A stretch of DNA of 30,114 nt from Thermoplasmatales archaeon SW_10_69_26 (GTDB lineage Archaea > Thermoplasmatota > SW-10-69-26). Numbering within the stretch: position 1 is the stretch's first letter; the number at the start of each line of letters is the position of its first letter. The translations under genes and the position numbers were made by a program. A model generated the notes under the pieces. The model saw only the letters and a program-made list of their open reading frames with translations, made no database searches and was not told where the DNA came from. The stretch spans positions 1 through 30,114 of the forward strand of contig PXUB01000014.1 of assembly GCA_003009755.1 (NCBI GenBank), in the 5' to 3' direction. Below, piece by piece: positions 27,301-30,114 of the stretch.

Positions 27301-29304
27301 TTGCTCTCGGCGCTCGGAGCTCAGCAGTGGCTCTCGTTGGGATCAGCCGCCTTCATCGCCTACACGGCTTGGTGGCTGTACCGTTCCCAGCCCGAGAACA
27401 CCCTCAAGCGCCTCATCGCCGTCTACCTCGTCGCCGTCGTCGCGCAAAGCCTCGGAGGGGTCGGAAGGCTCCTCGAGGGCGACGCCAACCCCACTCGCTG
27501 GAACAACGTCGGGCACGCCGTCTGGACCGGCAGCTTCTTCTGGATCGCGTTGGCCACGGTCGCGATCTTCTACGTGTACCCTCGACGGCCCGAGCGTGGC
27601 TCGCTGGACTTCTGGTTCTTCGCCGGTCTGGCGGGGATCCTCGTCGTCGCCACCGTCCTGTGGTTCCTCGCACCGGACGTCTACTACCTCGACCAGGGAT
27701 CCGGAACGAGCGTCCTCTGGTGGCTGTTCGTCCGTGTCCCCGGGCGGACGCTTCTCGTCCTCCTCGCTCTCACCGCAGCCGTCTGGCGAGCCCGTGAGAT
27801 GGATGAGGCCGACCGACGGGCCGCGCTCATCCTGCTGCCGTCGATCGTGCCGTGGCTGTTCGTTGTCGGCGGGATCCGGCTGAGCCAGGCCGCCTACCAG
27901 GTGGCCGGCGCTCGCGACGTCCTCCTCCAGGTCATCCAGTACTTCGACGCGAGGCCCGGGAACATCGGTCACCTGCTCCCATCGCTTTGGCTCACCCAGC
28001 ACGCGCTGGTCCTCGCGTTGACCGCCTACCTCGTCTGGCGACACCGTTCCTACATGGCCCTCGGCATGGTCGTCTCCGGGGTCCTGATCACCACGGTTCC
28101 CCCGCTCGCGTTCATCAGTCTCTACGCGTTCTTCTTCCTCTGGACGCCGATCGGCATCCTCTATGCGATCGGACGACACCGGGCTCTCGGTGGGGACGAT
28201 CGCGATCGAACCGCGTGGAACTGGACGGCGGGGACCGTGGCCGCGTTCGTGTTCGTGTTGATCTTCGCTGCCGGGTTGGCCCGCCGCCCTGAGCAGGCGA
28301 CGGTGCCGATCGCGCTCGTCGTCTCCGGCCTGTGCAGCCTCGCGGCCGGCGTTGGGGTCCACCCGAGCGGCTGGTCCCTCCACGAGTCCTCGGCCCCGGT
28401 CCAACAGGGCCCCTTCGAAGCCGGGGCCGCGAACAGCGAGAACGGCCGGATGGGCGATCGCTTCCGGGTGCTCGAGCACCTCGGTAGCGGCGGGTCGGGC
28501 AGCGTGCACGAGGTCCACGACACCGTGCTCGACCGACGGGTTGCCATCAAAGTGCTGGAGGACGCCTCCAGCGACGAGGCGTGGGAACGGTTGCAGACGG
28601 AAGCCCGGCGAGTGGCCGACGTTCGCCATCCCCGCCTGGTCGACGTCCTCGATCTGCTCCGGATCGACGGGGATCCCCACTTGGTCATGGAGTACGCGGC
28701 CGGCGGCTCCCTGGCGGATCGGATCAGCGATGGCTCGCTCGGGGACGACGACTTCCACCAGGTCGCCCGGCAGGCACTCGACGCTCTCGAAGTGATCCAC
28801 AGCGGGGACTTGCTTCACCGTGATCTGAAGCCCTCGAACGTTCTCCTGACGGGGAACGGGGACGCCAAGCTCGCCGACTTCGGGATCGCCCGGTGCAAGG
28901 GGGACCAGACGGCGCTCGAGTGGCACGGCCCCGGGTCGCCGAAGGGGACGGTCGCCTACATGAGTCCCGAGCAAGCCAAGGGCCAGCCCGTCGACGAGCG
29001 CAGCGACCTCTACAGCCTGGCCGCGACCCTCTACGAGGCCTACACGGGCGAGGCCTACGTGCAGGTCGACCCCGCCGAGTCGCTCGTCGAGGTCCAGATG
29101 CGCGTCGCCGGTCTGGTGCCCTTCGACGAGGAGATCGAGGCCTCCCAGAGCCTTCAGGAGTGGTTCGCCACGGCGCTGGCGCCGCGGCCCGAGGATCGGT
29201 TCTCCAGCGCCCGCGAGATGCGCCAGGCCCTCGACGAGATCCTCGAAGTGTCCGAGACGCCCCGCTCGCAAGCGGAGAGCGAGGACCCCCCAGGCGCGGG
29301 CTAG
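27301..29304 (+). CDS. Multi-pass membrane sensor fused to a C-terminal Hanks-type Ser/Thr protein kinase
   Basis: About 10-11 hydrophobic helices counted by eye, then LGSGGSGSV, VAIK, HRDLKPSN, DFG, GTVAYMSPEQ and SDLYSL. Confidence 0.92.
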   Translation: MLSALGAQQWLSLGSAAFIAYTAWWLYRSQPENTLKRLIAVYLVAVVAQSLGGVGRLLEGDANPTRWNNVGHAVWTGSFFWIALATVAIFYVYPRRPERGSLDFWFFAGLAGILVVATVLWFLAPDVYYLDQGSGTSVLWWLFVRVPGRTLLVLLALTAAVWRAREMDEADRRAALILLPSIVPWLFVVGGIRLSQAAYQVAGARDVLLQVIQYFDARPGNIGHLLPSLWLTQHALVLALTAYLVWRHRSYMALGMVVSGVLITTVPPLAFISLYAFFFLWTPIGILYAIGRHRALGGDDRDRTAWNWTAGTVAAFVFVLIFAAGLARRPEQATVPIALVVSGLCSLAAGVGVHPSGWSLHESSAPVQQGPFEAGAANSENGRMGDRFRVLEHLGSGGSGSVHEVHDTVLDRRVAIKVLEDASSDEAWERLQTEARRVADVRHPRLVDVLDLLRIDGDPHLVMEYAAGGSLADRISDGSLGDDDFHQVARQALDALEVIHSGDLLHRDLKPSNVLLTGNGDAKLADFGIARCKGDQTALEWHGPGSPKGTVAYMSPEQAKGQPVDERSDLYSLAATLYEAYTGEAYVQVDPAESLVEVQMRVAGLVPFDEEIEASQSLQEWFATALAPRPEDRFSSAREMRQALDEILEVSETPRSQAESEDPPGAG

Positions 29305-29441
29305 CCGCCGCGAGGACCGCCACGGGTACACCCAGGCCGGGCCTGGGAGCACTCCCAGCGCCCTCCGTCGTCACGTCGACGCTGGAGACCGCGTGTCGGG
29401 CGACACGTGAACCAGCCGTCCTTCGGCGGCGCCCGCGGAGA

Positions 29442-30113
29442 TCACGAGTCCGTGAAGGCGGCGTCGTCGCCAAACACCGTTCCGTCGACGACGACGCCCG
29501 GAACGATGGCACGGTCGTCGCCCTCGGAGATCGTGGTGCCCTCGCCGGACGCGATCTCGATAGCGTGGAGGGCTCCCCCTGCGGAAGCGTACACCTGGGC
29601 TTCCGTGACGATCGGGGCACCGTAGGCGGACGAGCCTACGTCGTAGCGCCACACCTCTTCGCCCGTCTCGCCGTCGAGCGCGTAGACGTGGGTGTCGTGG
29701 GGGCCCTCGTAGTCGCTGGTGGGGCCGCCGGCCTTCTCGACCACCCCGGAGCCGACGTAAACGTGGTCCTCGTCCACCGCCGGCGTGTGGACGTCGTCCT
29801 CGGCCTCGAAGGTCCAAGACTCCTCCCCGGACTCGAGGTCGAAGGCGTAGAGGCCATCGTCCCCGAGGGTGACGTAGACGTGACCGTGGGCGACGACGGG
29901 CCGACTGGGGCTCTCGTCCATGCCGTAGGGGAACTCGTGCGTCCAGGACTCCTCGCCGGACTCGAGGTCCACGGCGGAGATCGCGTAGTCGGGGCTCTTG
30001 CGAACGGCGGCGACCACGGTCCCGTCCGCGGCGGCGACGGAGACGCGATCCTCCGTCGTGTAGTTCCAGGACACCTCGCCGGTCCCGGCGTCGCGCGCGA
30101 CCACGGTCGAGTC
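29442..30113 (-). CDS. PQQ-like (BamB-type) beta-propeller repeat protein, 5'-truncated by the window edge
   Basis: Repeats ARDAGTGEVSW, AVDLESGEESW, AFDLESGEESW and ALDGETGEEVW. Frame open to the window end. Confidence 0.85.
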   Translation of the reverse strand, partial: DSTVVARDAGTGEVSWNYTTEDRVSVAAADGTVVAAVRKSPDYAISAVDLESGEESWTHEFPYGMDESPSRPVVAHGHVYVTLGDDGLYAFDLESGEESWTFEAEDDVHTPAVDEDHVYVGSGVVEKAGGPTSDYEGPHDTHVYALDGETGEEVWRYDVGSSAYGAPIVTEAQVYASAGGALHAIEIASGEGTTISEGDDRAIVPGVVVDGTVFGDDAAFTDS

Positions 30114-30114
30114 C

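Noticed and set aside
27343-29352. 669-aa minus-strand ORF
   Set aside because: Antisense shadow of the kinase
29442-30113. PQQ-repeat protein as part of the kinase module
   Set aside because: Convergent and truncated; PQQ-like propellers do accompany some kinases, but nothing in this window links them beyond adjacency

Overview
High-GC (roughly 70%, estimated by eye) archaeal chromosomal segment with a strongly acidic (D/E-rich) proteome. Archaeal signs are the group II chaperonin, PurP, Trm112, TATA-like boxes about 22-35 nt before start codons and a GAGGTG Shine-Dalgarno site. Bacterial-type MetK and malate synthase A, UppP and many AGC-lipobox surface proteins suggest (inference) a halophilic Thermoplasmatota rather than a Halobacterium-type archaeon. 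The left part is housekeeping: a SAM-cycle cluster (metK-trm112, ahcY), purP, a glyoxylate-shunt operon (aceB-aceA plus a small C2H2-like zinc finger), thermosome and bcp-trx. The middle is mostly secreted or lipoprotein hydrolases: two BNR/Asp-box propellers, a frameshifted CocE/NonD hydrolase, an S8 protease and a purple acid phosphatase with an in-frame TAG. The right end holds the best candidate novel system: a multi-pass membrane sensor fused to a Hanks-type Ser/Thr kinase, divergent from an ArsR-type wHTH-FHA fusion regulator. The same palindrome, TGCAGTCG-N2-CGACTGCA, occurs on both sides of the regulator gene, once in the divergent promoter and once upstream of a PepSY-like lipoprotein gene. 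All calls come from reading motifs by eye; no database searches were run.
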